Assembly (NCBI GenBank): GCA_040881685.1
Contig: JBBECS010000017.1
Location: forward strand, 52,957-116,956
Direction: 5' to 3'
Source of the DNA: Acidimicrobiia bacterium
GTDB lineage: Bacteria > Actinomycetota > Acidimicrobiia > IMCC26256 > PALSA-555
DNA: 64,000 nt
This document shows, one piece after another, positions 42,037 to 50,962 of this stretch; the stretch's first letter is position 1, and each line of letters opens with the position of its first letter. The notes under the pieces were generated by a model, which was not told the origin of the DNA, searched no databases, and was given only the letters and a program-made list of their open reading frames with translations. A program made the translations under genes and the position numbers.

Positions 42037-42984
42037 ATGACTGTCCCGATCGTGGTCGGTGTCGTTCTGCTCCTGCTGTTCCTGATCGCGTCCAAGACCG
42101 TTCGCATCGTGCGGCCGTACCAGCGAGGTGTCGTCGAGCGCCTCGGGCGGTTCAAGCTGGCGGTGAACCCCGGACTGCGCATGATCCTCCCGTTCATCGA
42201 CCGCATCCTGCTCGTCGACATGCGCGAGCAGGTCACCGACGTACCTCCGCAGGAGGTGATCACGTCCGACAACGTCGTGGTGTCGGTCGACGCGGTGATC
42301 TACTACGAGGCCACCGACCCGCAGCGACTCGTGTACAACATCGCCAACTTCCAGCTCGCGATCACCAAGCTGGCGCAGACCAACCTGCGCAACGTGATCG
42401 GCGACATGGAGTTGGACGCCGCACTCACGTCGCGCGAGACGATCAACACGAAGCTGCGTGAGATCCTCGATGACGCGACCGACAAGTGGGGCACGCGGGT
42501 CGTCCGAGTGGAGATCCAGCGCATTGATCCCCCACCCGACGTCGTGCAGTCGATGCACCACCAGATGAAGGCGGAGCGCGACCGGCGCGCCGTCGTGACC
42601 GAAGCACTCGGTGTGCGAGAAGCTGCCGTCACGCGAGCCGAGGGCGACAAGCAGGCAGCCATCCTCGAGGCCGAGGGTCGCGGACAAGCGATCGAGCGGA
42701 TCGCCACTGCGGAGAAGATCCGGCAAGCCACGGTGGCCGAAGGTGAGGCTGCCGCCGTGCGCTCGGTGTTCGAAGCCATCCATGAAGGCGGCGCAACGAG
42801 CGACGTGCTCGCACTCAAGTACATGGAAGCGCTGCGAGCGATCGCCGACGGCAAGGCAACCAAGATCTTCCTCCCCACCGAGATGTCAGGACTCTTCGGC
42901 GCCATCGGCGGCCTCGCCGAGATGCTCAAGCCCGACACCAACGGCGAATCCCCCGCAGCCGTCGAACCAGCACCGACCTCCTAA
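42037..42984 (+). CDS. SPFH/band-7 (stomatin-like) protein
   Basis: ATG 42037 with GAAGGAG SD. IVRPYQRGVVERLGRF...VITSDNVVVSVDAVIYY...NLRNVIGDMELD... Confidence 0.9.
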   Translation: MTVPIVVGVVLLLLFLIASKTVRIVRPYQRGVVERLGRFKLAVNPGLRMILPFIDRILLVDMREQVTDVPPQEVITSDNVVVSVDAVIYYEATDPQRLVYNIANFQLAITKLAQTNLRNVIGDMELDAALTSRETINTKLREILDDATDKWGTRVVRVEIQRIDPPPDVVQSMHHQMKAERDRRAVVTEALGVREAAVTRAEGDKQAAILEAEGRGQAIERIATAEKIRQATVAEGEAAAVRSVFEAIHEGGATSDVLALKYMEALRAIADGKATKIFLPTEMSGLFGAIGGLAEMLKPDTNGESPAAVEPAPTS

Positions 42985-43025
42985 CCACCCAACCACTTCC
43001 CCCTTCCCCACCGCAGCCGTTCGAC

Positions 43026-43052
43026 CCCCCGCGTCAAACCTTCGTGCGGGGG
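43026..43052. terminator. candidate bidirectional terminator hairpin (CCCCCGC-N13-GCGGGGG)
   Basis: 7-bp G/C stem between the convergent SPFH and PilT-like genes. Confidence 0.35.
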
Positions 43053-43060
43053 CGAGTGGT

Positions 43061-44182
43061 TTACGCGACGGGCGCGGGGATGGGGGGTGGTGCGGTGGTG
43101 GCGGTGGCTCGGGCTCGGTCGGCTTCGTCGAGCATCACCGAGAGTGCTGGCTCGAAGGTTGCGTTGGCCAGTGCGTGGTCGCGCGCGACGAGGCCGCGTC
43201 GGTAGAGGTTCGCGAGGCTCTGGTCGAACGTCTGCATGCCCCACATCTCCCCTTCGGCAATCAGCGCGTCGAGCCGCGCCGCGCCGTCGGAGTCGGCGAC
43301 CGCTTCCGAGACGGGTCCGTTCGCGACCAGCACCTCCACCGCAGGGACGCGGCCGCGACCGCCGGCACGGGGGAGAAGTCGTTGGCAGAGCACGCCGCGC
43401 AGCGTGCGCGAGAGCAGTGAGCGCACCGGCGACCGCTGCGCGGGTGGGAATCGGTCCACGAGCCGGGTGACCGCGTCGGCCGCACTGACGGCTTGCGCGA
43501 CTGCGATCACCAAGCGCCCGGCATCGGCAACCTCGAGTGCGCTCATCGCGGTGTCAGCGTCGGGAAGGGCGCCCACCACCACCACGTCGGGATCCTGGTG
43601 CGCAACCGCGGCGAGCGCGACCTGGAAGCTCTCGGTGTCCACACCGACCTCGCGCTGATCGACCACGGCGCGCTTGTCGGCGTGCACGACCTCGACGGGC
43701 TGCTCGATCGTCACGATGTGGGCGGGGCGTGACGCGTTCACCTGGCCGACCATGGCGGCGACGGTCGACGTGCGGCCCGATCCGGCGAGGCCGGCCACGA
43801 GCACGAGGCCCGACGGCGCCTCGGTGAGCTTCGCCGCGGCCGACGGGAGGCCGAGCGCATCCACTCCAGGGACGCCCGGCACGATCCTGCGCAGCACCAG
43901 CGCCACTCGCCCCTGTTGACGGAACGCGCTCGCTCGGAAGCGCCCGATCCCTTGGAGGGCGTAGACCGCGTCAGCCTCGCCGTGAGCCGCCAGTGCCTCG
44001 GCTCGCTCGGGAGGCAGGACACGGGCGACGGCTCGCTCGGTGTCCTCGGGCTCGATCACATCGAGTGCCGACTCGCGCAACAGGCCGTCGACACGCAGAT
44101 AGGGCCGGGCGCCGACCTTCAGGTGGATGTCGGACGCGCGCGCTTCGACCGCCAACCGGAGAAGCCGTTCGAGATCCAGCAC
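43061..44182 (-). CDS. PilT-like secretion-ATPase homolog with degenerate catalytic motifs
   Basis: Overall PilT architecture (ASDIHLKVGARPYLRVDG...GLVLVAG...IVTIEQPVE...QREVGVDT.SF). But Walker A is GLAGSGRT, the Walker B region VVVVGALPD, and the His-box region AGRLVIAVAQA. Confidence 0.8.
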   Translation of the reverse strand: MLDLERLLRLAVEARASDIHLKVGARPYLRVDGLLRESALDVIEPEDTERAVARVLPPERAEALAAHGEADAVYALQGIGRFRASAFRQQGRVALVLRRIVPGVPGVDALGLPSAAAKLTEAPSGLVLVAGLAGSGRTSTVAAMVGQVNASRPAHIVTIEQPVEVVHADKRAVVDQREVGVDTESFQVALAAVAHQDPDVVVVGALPDADTAMSALEVADAGRLVIAVAQAVSAADAVTRLVDRFPPAQRSPVRSLLSRTLRGVLCQRLLPRAGGRGRVPAVEVLVANGPVSEAVADSDGAARLDALIAEGEMWGMQTFDQSLANLYRRGLVARDHALANATFEPALSVMLDEADRARATATTAPPPIPAPVA

Positions 44183-44230
44183 ACGGGGATATCGACATTT
44201 CCGGGGGCTGGACTGAAACGCCGTCCGCAG

Positions 44231-45235
44231 TCAGTCGAGTCGGTGCACCTCGCGTGCGGCTTCGACGACCGCCCCGCCGGGGCCACCGGAGGTCTGGGGC
44301 TCGGATGCGCTGACCGACTCTCCCAGCAAGGCCGGGAGTGTGGCCGCGACCGAGTCGCGCAGTGCCTCGAGGTCGTACCCGCCCTCGAGGAAGGCGACCG
44401 CTCGACCTCGAGGAGCGAGAGCCACCGAGCGCGCGGCGAGGGCTGCATAGTCGCCCGCACTGAGCGCCAGACCCGCGAGCGGATCGGCGCGGTGCGCGTC
44501 GTACCCGGCAGAGACGAGAACCCAGTCAGGCGCGAAGCGCTCCACGAGCGGTTCGACCACCTCGTCGAACGCACGCAGGTAGATGTCGCCGGTGGCCCCG
44601 GCCGGCAGGGGGAAGTTGCACGTCGTGCCCTCGCCCGGTCCTGCGCCCGTGTCGTCGATGCGGCCCGTCCCTGGGTACAGGGGCCATTGATGCATCGACA
44701 CATAGAAGACGTGCGGATCGGACCAGAAGATGTCCTGGGTCCCGTTCCCGTGGTGCGCGTCGTAGTCGACCACGACGACGCGTTGACCACGTTCGGCGAG
44801 TGCGGCCGCAGCCACCGCCACGTTGTTCACGAGGCAGAAACCCATCGACGTCCGACCCGTCGCATGGTGACCAGGGGGGCGCAGCCCGAGAAACGCCGCG
44901 TGCGCTTCGCCCCGCTCGAGCGCGTCGATCGCGGCCAGCCCTGCGCCCGCGGCATGGATCGCGGCATCCCACGAGCCGCGCGACGCCACGGTGTCCATGT
45001 CGATGACACCGCCGCCGCGATTGCAGAGCTCTTCGACCCGGTCGACGAGCGCAGCGTCGTGCACCCGCTCGATCTCGTGGCGGGTCGCGGCACGAGGTGG
45101 GAGCACCACGACTGCGTCGTCGACGCGGGCTGCGCGCACGCCCTCGGTCACCGCGCTAAGCCGCTCTACTCGCTCTGGATGCCCAGGACCAGGGTCGTGA
45201 CCCGCGAACTCGGCATGGTCGGCAACCAGCAGCAC
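44231..45235 (-). CDS. histone deacetylase-family (AcuC/acetylpolyamine amidohydrolase-like) protein
   Basis: RPPGHHA, DYDAHHGNGTQ, SAGYDAH and EGGY motifs. GTG 45235 chosen as start; the upstream ORF part is Arg-rich. Confidence 0.88.
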   Translation of the reverse strand: MLLVADHAEFAGHDPGPGHPERVERLSAVTEGVRAARVDDAVVVLPPRAATRHEIERVHDAALVDRVEELCNRGGGVIDMDTVASRGSWDAAIHAAGAGLAAIDALERGEAHAAFLGLRPPGHHATGRTSMGFCLVNNVAVAAAALAERGQRVVVVDYDAHHGNGTQDIFWSDPHVFYVSMHQWPLYPGTGRIDDTGAGPGEGTTCNFPLPAGATGDIYLRAFDEVVEPLVERFAPDWVLVSAGYDAHRADPLAGLALSAGDYAALAARSVALAPRGRAVAFLEGGYDLEALRDSVAATLPALLGESVSASEPQTSGGPGGAVVEAAREVHRLD

Positions 45236-45309
45236 GCGCGCGACGTTACAAGTCGACGCTCCCAGACCCACAGGTAGGCCCGCGACGCCTCCGGGTACGC
45301 TCCCGAGCC

Positions 45310-46029
45310 GTGGCCGAGCACACGAGGGGTGAGCGGGCACGACGTCATTCCTTCGGTTGGGCTCGAGTGACGCCGTGGCGCGGACGCGGCGACGTCGCGC
45401 ACCTCGTACTCGCCGAGGGCACACCACCACCACGGGCTGACGTCGAGGAAGGCGTGGAACGATTACGTCGGGCTGGCTACGCCGCCGTGGTGACCAGCGC
45501 GCTCACCGCCGGAGACTCGCTGCCGTTCGTCGACGCCGGCTTCGGTGTTCGTGAGCGCCTCCACCTCTTGGAGCACACGTTGTGCCACGTCCCCGCGCCA
45601 GGCGACGACCAGCTCGCGCTCCGGCGTGCGTGGCGCACGGACCGGTCGGTCGTTCTCAAGCTCGATGGGCACGCGTTCGACGACTTCTGGCGTCTGGATC
45701 CCGAGGGGCTGACCGACGCGCTCCACGCGACTCCCGCGGTCAGGTTCCGCGTCGGTGACCCGAATGGTCAAGGAGCCGTGGCCTACGCCATCACCGGTCG
45801 TGCGGGTCGGCGCGGCTACCTCCAGCGCGTGGCGGTGCACCCCGACGCGCGGCGGAACGGCTGGGGCCGTGCCCTTGTCATCGATGCGCTGCGCTGGCTC
45901 GACCGACATGACACGCATCGCGCGCTCGTCAACACGCAGTGGGAGAACGACGGCGCGCTCGCCCTCTACGAATCCTGCGGATTCCGACACCTCCCGGTCG
46001 GGCTCTGCGTGCTCGACCGGGCCTTGTGA
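45310..46029 (+). CDS. GNAT-family N-acetyltransferase
   Basis: YLQRVAVHPDARRNGWGRALV...ALALYESCGFR. Start uncertain (GTG 45310 or GTG 45367). Stop overlaps the next gene's start (GTGA). Confidence 0.8.
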   Translation: MAEHTRGERARRHSFGWARVTPWRGRGDVAHLVLAEGTPPPRADVEEGVERLRRAGYAAVVTSALTAGDSLPFVDAGFGVRERLHLLEHTLCHVPAPGDDQLALRRAWRTDRSVVLKLDGHAFDDFWRLDPEGLTDALHATPAVRFRVGDPNGQGAVAYAITGRAGRRGYLQRVAVHPDARRNGWGRALVIDALRWLDRHDTHRALVNTQWENDGALALYESCGFRHLPVGLCVLDRAL

Positions 46030-48065
46030 GCGGGACGCGTCGCGCCTGGCGCGTCGCGGTGACTCTGGTCGCCGCGATCGCCCCTGGCCTGCTCCACGCA
46101 ACACCAGCCGGCGCCGGCGTCGAGCCTTCGCTCACCCTCACTGCTCAGGATCCGTGGACGCTTGTCGGCGGCGATGTCCACATGAAGCTCGCGCTCGACG
46201 GTGCAGATGCCGGTGCTGGGTTCACGATCAGCGTGGTGTCGTACTCGTCGATCGACTCGCGCAGTGAGTTCGACCGCACCCTCGACGGTGAGGAGCTCGG
46301 CTCCTTCCTCGATCAGGTCGTCGTCCCCGTCGACGCGCTCTCAGTCGACGCGCAAGGCAACCGCGACCTTGCGTTCCGTCTCGAGGTTTCGGGTGGCGCG
46401 CGGCTCGTGGAGACCCTCAGAGCGCCGCGGGCAGGTGTGTACCCGCTCGAGGTCGAGCTGCGCGATGCCGACGACAACACCCAAGCCGGGTTCGTCACCT
46501 ACCTCACCACCGTCGCGCCGCTCGGCAGCCCCGACGCGGTCACGAGCCCGCTCGGCGTCGCGTGGGTGTGGCCGCTGAGCGCGGCGCCCGCGATCCTGCC
46601 CGGCGACGGTCCTGACCCCGTCGTCGAGAAGCAGTTCGCACCCGACGGGCGACTCGGCCGCCAGGCCGCGGCACTCGACCGCGCCTCCGGCGTGCCCATG
46701 ACGATCGTGCCGGGGCCCGAGACGGTGCAGTCCTGGGCCGCGAGCGTCGAACACGAGCAGTCCCTGGCCGACGGCGTGAGCTCGATCCAGCGCGCGAACG
46801 GCACGCACCAGATGATCGCGGGGACGTTCGTGCCGGTGGACCTGCCGTCGCTCCTCCGCGCCGGCATGGTCGCGGTTGTCGACACCCAGATCGTGGAGGG
46901 CAACGAGGCGCTGCGCCGGTTCTTCGGGACGCGCCTCGACACCACAACCGCGGTGGCTCGTCCGATCGACGGCGCCGCGCTTCAACGTCTCCGCGCCGGC
47001 AGCGTCGACCGTCTCGTGGTGGAGGAAGACGCCCTCGTGGCCCGCTCGTCGTCCAGCGGTGGCGCACAGCCGTTCATCCTCGAGGCACCGCCGTCGCTCG
47101 TGCCCGCGAGCGAAACGACGGTGTCCGCGATCGCCGCCGACTCCGGTTTGGCCCGATTGCTCGCGGCAGACCTTGCGCCAGCGTTGCGCGCTCAGCGACT
47201 GCTCGCAGGCCTCTCGGTCGTCGCGTTCCAAGACTCGGACCAGGCTCGAGCGGTCGCGATCCTCAACTCGGCCACGCTCGATCCACCGGACGAGCTCATC
47301 GACGCGGTCCTCTCGGGCCTGCGCGCGCACCCACTCTTGCGTCCCGTGACGGTGAACGACGTGTTCGAGCAGATCCCAACGGAGACGAACGACGACGGCA
47401 CCAACGTCACGCGTGAGCTCAACCCGTACGACCCACCCGCACCTCCGGTGAGCGCAGCCGCCTACGACGACGTTCGCTTGCGACTGGCGTCCTTCCGGGA
47501 GTCTGCGCCGGGCGCACCCGGAGGTGAGGTCGCCGACTACTCGCTCCTCTCCTCCGTATCGTCGGCATGGAGCGGTCCGGGCGGCGCCGAGCGCGCGGCG
47601 TTGGAGCTCGCGAGCGTGGACGCGGCGATCAACGCCTTCCTCGCCCGCATCGATGTTCCGAATGCCTCGACGATCACGCTCACCGATCGCTCAGGCGACA
47701 TCCCGCTCACCTTCCGGAACGGCACCGGCGAGACGGTGAACGTCCGCATCGATCTCGAGAGCCCGAAGCTCTCGTTCCCCGACGGCCTGGAACAGATCGT
47801 CCAGCTCGCGCCGGAGAACACCACCGTGCGGCTTGCGGTCGAGGCCCGCACCTCGGGCTCGTTTCCATTGCGCGTCACCGTACGTTCGCCGAACGGTGTG
47901 CTCACGATCGCGCAGGCGCAGCTCGAGGTGCAGGCCACCGAAGTGAGCACCGTCGGCTTGGTGCTGATCATCAGTGCCGCCGGCTTCCTGGCGCTCTGGT
48001 GGATCATCCACATCCGCCGCGATCGCGCTCGCCGTCTCGTGCACACAACGGCTGACGCCGAATGA
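46026..48065 (+). CDS. large secreted, C-terminally anchored protein of the family found upstream of murJ in actinobacteria (Rv3909/DUF6049-like, recalled)
   Basis: GTG 46026. Signal-like WRVAVTLVAAIAPGLLHATPAGAG and C-terminal TM VGLVLIISAAGFLALWWIIHIRR. Stop overlaps the murJ ATG (ATGA). Confidence 0.75.
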   Translation: MSGTRRAWRVAVTLVAAIAPGLLHATPAGAGVEPSLTLTAQDPWTLVGGDVHMKLALDGADAGAGFTISVVSYSSIDSRSEFDRTLDGEELGSFLDQVVVPVDALSVDAQGNRDLAFRLEVSGGARLVETLRAPRAGVYPLEVELRDADDNTQAGFVTYLTTVAPLGSPDAVTSPLGVAWVWPLSAAPAILPGDGPDPVVEKQFAPDGRLGRQAAALDRASGVPMTIVPGPETVQSWAASVEHEQSLADGVSSIQRANGTHQMIAGTFVPVDLPSLLRAGMVAVVDTQIVEGNEALRRFFGTRLDTTTAVARPIDGAALQRLRAGSVDRLVVEEDALVARSSSSGGAQPFILEAPPSLVPASETTVSAIAADSGLARLLAADLAPALRAQRLLAGLSVVAFQDSDQARAVAILNSATLDPPDELIDAVLSGLRAHPLLRPVTVNDVFEQIPTETNDDGTNVTRELNPYDPPAPPVSAAAYDDVRLRLASFRESAPGAPGGEVADYSLLSSVSSAWSGPGGAERAALELASVDAAINAFLARIDVPNASTITLTDRSGDIPLTFRNGTGETVNVRIDLESPKLSFPDGLEQIVQLAPENTTVRLAVEARTSGSFPLRVTVRSPNGVLTIAQAQLEVQATEVSTVGLVLIISAAGFLALWWIIHIRRDRARRLVHTTADAE

Positions 48066-49741
48066 CCGAAGCCAGGCCCGAGCAGGGTCGCCACGACACG
48101 GCCAAGCTGCTCCGCTCGGGGGCAATCGTCGGGCTCGGCACCGCGCTGTCACGCGTGACCGGCGTCGTGCGCGTCAGCGCGATCAGCTACGCGCTCGGGG
48201 CAACCTCGCTTGCGGGCGTGTACGCCTGGTCGAACGAGACGCCGAACATCGTGTACGAGCTGCTGCTCGGAGGCGTGCTGACCGCCACACTCGTGCCGCA
48301 GTTCGTGCGTCACCTCGACGATCGCGACGACGACGCAACGAGCGCGGTCTTCACCGTGTCGATGCTCGGTCTGCTGGCGATCACGATCATCGGCGTCGTG
48401 GCGGCACCGCTGATCGTGCGCGTCTATCTCCTCCAAGTGCCCGGCCGGATCCGCGCCGACCAGCAGGAGCTCGGTACGGCGTTCGTGCGCGTCTTCATGC
48501 CCCAGATGCTCTTCTACGGCCTGACGGCGCTGGCGACCGCGATCCTCCAGGCCCGACGGCGGTTCGCAGCGGCCGCGCTCGCACCGATGCTCAACAACAT
48601 CGTGGTGATCGGGATCTTCTTCGCGTTGCCACGCGTCGTCGACGGCCCGTTCACCGTGCGTCGCATTCTCGAGGACGACGGGCTGTTGCTCTTCATCGGA
48701 CTTGGCACGACCGCCGGCATCGCCGCGATGGGGTTGGTCCTCATCCCTGCGCTGCGCTCGGCCGGGGTACGGCTCCGCTTCCTCGCCGACTGGCGCAACG
48801 ACGCGGTTCGGCGCGTCATGCGGCTTTCGGGGTGGACGATTGGGTACGTCGCAGCCAACCAGGTCGCGCTGTGGACGGTGATCGTGCTGGCGAACGGCGT
48901 CGAGCTCGCGACCGGTCATGGCGGCGCGTTCGTGTACTTCAACGCATACCTGCTGTTCGTGCTGCCGTACGGCTTGCTCGGGTTCCCGATCATGACGGCG
49001 ATCGCGCCGGAGCTTGCCGCCGCGGGCCGACGCGTCGACCGTCCGGCCTTGCGGCACCGCTTCGCTCGAACGTTGCGGCTCACGCTCACGGTGCTGATCC
49101 CCGCGTCCGCGGTAGCGGTGGCGCTCGCTCGCCCCATCGTCACCGCGCTCTTCCAACGTGGTGCGTTCACGAGCGCCGACGCCGACGTCGTCGCGGACAC
49201 GCTCGTCGGGTTTGCGGTTGGCTTGCCGTTCTTCTCCACCTACCTGTTCACGCTGCGAGCCTTCTATTCGCTTGACGACACGAAGCGTCCGTTCTTCTTC
49301 GGCTGCCTCCAGAACGCGTTGAACATCGTGCTGGCGATCGCGCTCTTCGACTGGTTGAGCATCCCCGGGTTGTCGTTCGCGCACTCGGGCGCGTACGCCG
49401 TCGGGGCTGGGGTCACCTTGTTCGCGCTCAGCCGACGCATCGGAAGCCTTCGCGGACGTGGGATCGAGCTGGTCGGCATTCGCGTCATCGCGGTTGCGGT
49501 CGTGGCCGGGACCGCGGCGTGGGTCATCGGCAAGGCCAACGGGTGGGACACGTCCGGTCAAGCGCTGGTGTCGACGCTGCTCGGTCTGGGCGTGGCTGGT
49601 GCCATCACGATCGGTGGGCTCCTCGCGCTGCGCGTCGAGGAGTTCTCGGAGGTGCTCGACCTGGTGCTCCGGCGATTCCGACGGAGACGCCGCAGCCGCG
49701 GGCGCTCGTCCCCTCCGCCGCCGGCGCCGGACAAGGCATGA
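48062..49741 (+). CDS. murJ: lipid II flippase MurJ (MviN), flippase domain only
   Basis: LLRSGAIVGLGTALSRVTGVVRVSAISYALGAT...VPQF...MPQMLFYGL... 14-TM-type profile, 559 aa. Confidence 0.9.
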   Translation: MTEARPEQGRHDTAKLLRSGAIVGLGTALSRVTGVVRVSAISYALGATSLAGVYAWSNETPNIVYELLLGGVLTATLVPQFVRHLDDRDDDATSAVFTVSMLGLLAITIIGVVAAPLIVRVYLLQVPGRIRADQQELGTAFVRVFMPQMLFYGLTALATAILQARRRFAAAALAPMLNNIVVIGIFFALPRVVDGPFTVRRILEDDGLLLFIGLGTTAGIAAMGLVLIPALRSAGVRLRFLADWRNDAVRRVMRLSGWTIGYVAANQVALWTVIVLANGVELATGHGGAFVYFNAYLLFVLPYGLLGFPIMTAIAPELAAAGRRVDRPALRHRFARTLRLTLTVLIPASAVAVALARPIVTALFQRGAFTSADADVVADTLVGFAVGLPFFSTYLFTLRAFYSLDDTKRPFFFGCLQNALNIVLAIALFDWLSIPGLSFAHSGAYAVGAGVTLFALSRRIGSLRGRGIELVGIRVIAVAVVAGTAAWVIGKANGWDTSGQALVSTLLGLGVAGAITIGGLLALRVEEFSEVLDLVLRRFRRRRRSRGRSSPPPPAPDKA

Positions 49742-49748
49742 TGAGCGC

Positions 49749-50588
49749 ATGGGCGTGCGGGTGGTCACCGACAGCGCGTGCGATCTACCACCGGACCTGG
49801 TGGGACCGCTCGGCATCGAGATCGTCCCGCTCACTATCCGCTTCGGCGCTGAGGAGTTCGTCGACCGCGACGAGTTGAGCGTCGACGACTTCTGGAGCCG
49901 GCTGCGCGTCACCGAGGCGCTCCCCGAGACGTCGGCGCCGTCCGCAGGAGCCTTCGAAGCGCGCTTTCGAGACCTCATCAAAGACGGCGCGACCGGCATC
50001 GTGTGCGTCAACCTCTCGTCACGGCTCTCGGCGACGATGCAGGCCGCGCAACTCGCCGCAAGCGCGGTCGGCGGCGAATGCCCGATCCACGTCATCGACT
50101 CGATGACGTGCTCGCTCGGGCTCGGAAGCCTCGTCCTGACAGCGGCGCGGCGCGGCGCCGCCGGTGACCCGATCGATGAGATCGTCGCCGACGTGATCGA
50201 CCGCCGCGACCGAACCCGTCTGTTCGGCAGCCTCGACACCCTCGAGTTCATCAAGCGCGGCGGGCGCATCGGGAATGCACGCGCGCTGCTCGGCACGATG
50301 CTCTCCATCAAGCCGGTCGTCGAGGTGCGTGATGGCGCCGTCGAGGAGTCCGGCCGCGTCCGCACCCGCTCCAAGGCCCTTCGCCTGTTGGCCGACAAGG
50401 TGAGCGCGCAGCCGGTCGACTCCGTGTCCGTCCTGCACGGACAAGCGGACGACGTCGACGAGCTCGTCGAGCTGCTCGACCCGATCGTCCCCCGCGACGA
50501 CATCGTCATCAGCGTCGTAGGCCCGGTCATCGGCACCCACGCCGGCCCAGGAGTAATCGGCGTCACCTTCCAAGAAGCCAACTCGTAG
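49749..50588 (+). CDS. DegV-family fatty-acid-binding protein
   Basis: Start at MGVRVVTDSACDLPPDL (ATG 49749). SAPSAGAF...VNLSSRLSATMQAA...GTHAGPGVIGV. Confidence 0.88.
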   Translation: MGVRVVTDSACDLPPDLVGPLGIEIVPLTIRFGAEEFVDRDELSVDDFWSRLRVTEALPETSAPSAGAFEARFRDLIKDGATGIVCVNLSSRLSATMQAAQLAASAVGGECPIHVIDSMTCSLGLGSLVLTAARRGAAGDPIDEIVADVIDRRDRTRLFGSLDTLEFIKRGGRIGNARALLGTMLSIKPVVEVRDGAVEESGRVRTRSKALRLLADKVSAQPVDSVSVLHGQADDVDELVELLDPIVPRDDIVISVVGPVIGTHAGPGVIGVTFQEANS

Positions 50589-50683
50589 CGCACCCGCGCA
50601 CACACACGACTTCGCGCACGTTGGCGCGCGCGTTCAGCACTGCCTGCGGGAGCCGTGCCAGACATCACTCACTCGCCGGCGCG

Positions 50684-50824
50684 CATGAGGTCCGAGGGTC
50701 GGTTCCCGATGCGCAGCATGTGAGGCCGATCGGGCGAGACCCGGGTCGAAGACCCGAACGCCGGTCCGCCTTGGCGGACGGCGGGAGCAGGGGCTCGCCC
50801 GAAGTTAGGCCCTTGCTGTGCAGC
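50684..50824 (+). repeat. conserved multi-hairpin element, copy 1 (candidate structured RNA or REP/MITE-like repeat)
   Basis: Aligns in the same orientation with 58870..59003. Identical blocks of 10, 17 and 17 nt, and four helices maintained by compensatory changes (see findings). Strand assignment is tentative. Confidence 0.6.
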
Positions 50825-50962
50825 GGGCGCCGGCGTCCTGGGGCCGGAACCGAACGCGCGCAAGAACCGGCTGCGGAGCACGGCGGTTCCTGCAGGCTGA
50901 GTGGGTGCCCCGCGCAACGGGGCGAAGCGTCAAATGGTGGTGACGGCCGGTAGCGTGAGCGG

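Noticed and set aside
48149-50668. 839-aa minus-strand ORF
   Set aside because: Antisense to murJ and degV, Arg/Ser/Pro-rich low complexity, no motifs. The + strand products are clearly MurJ and DegV.
50684-50824. Possible ykkC/guanidine-I-type riboswitch, because of the strings GGUCCGAG and ACGGCGGGA
   Set aside because: The order of the conserved strings does not match my recollection of the family. Copy 2 alters both strings. The two copies cannot both be 5' leaders on one strand. It is left as an unclassified element pending a covariance-model search.
50621-50953. + ORFs 50621..50953 and 58813..59031 share a peptide-like string (PDAQ.V.PIGRD.GR.PE), suggesting a duplicated small protein
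   Set aside because: Both are Arg/Gly/Pro-rich with no SD. The similarity is explained at nucleotide level by the repeated element, where differences are compensatory within stems rather than synonymous. I therefore treat it as non-coding.
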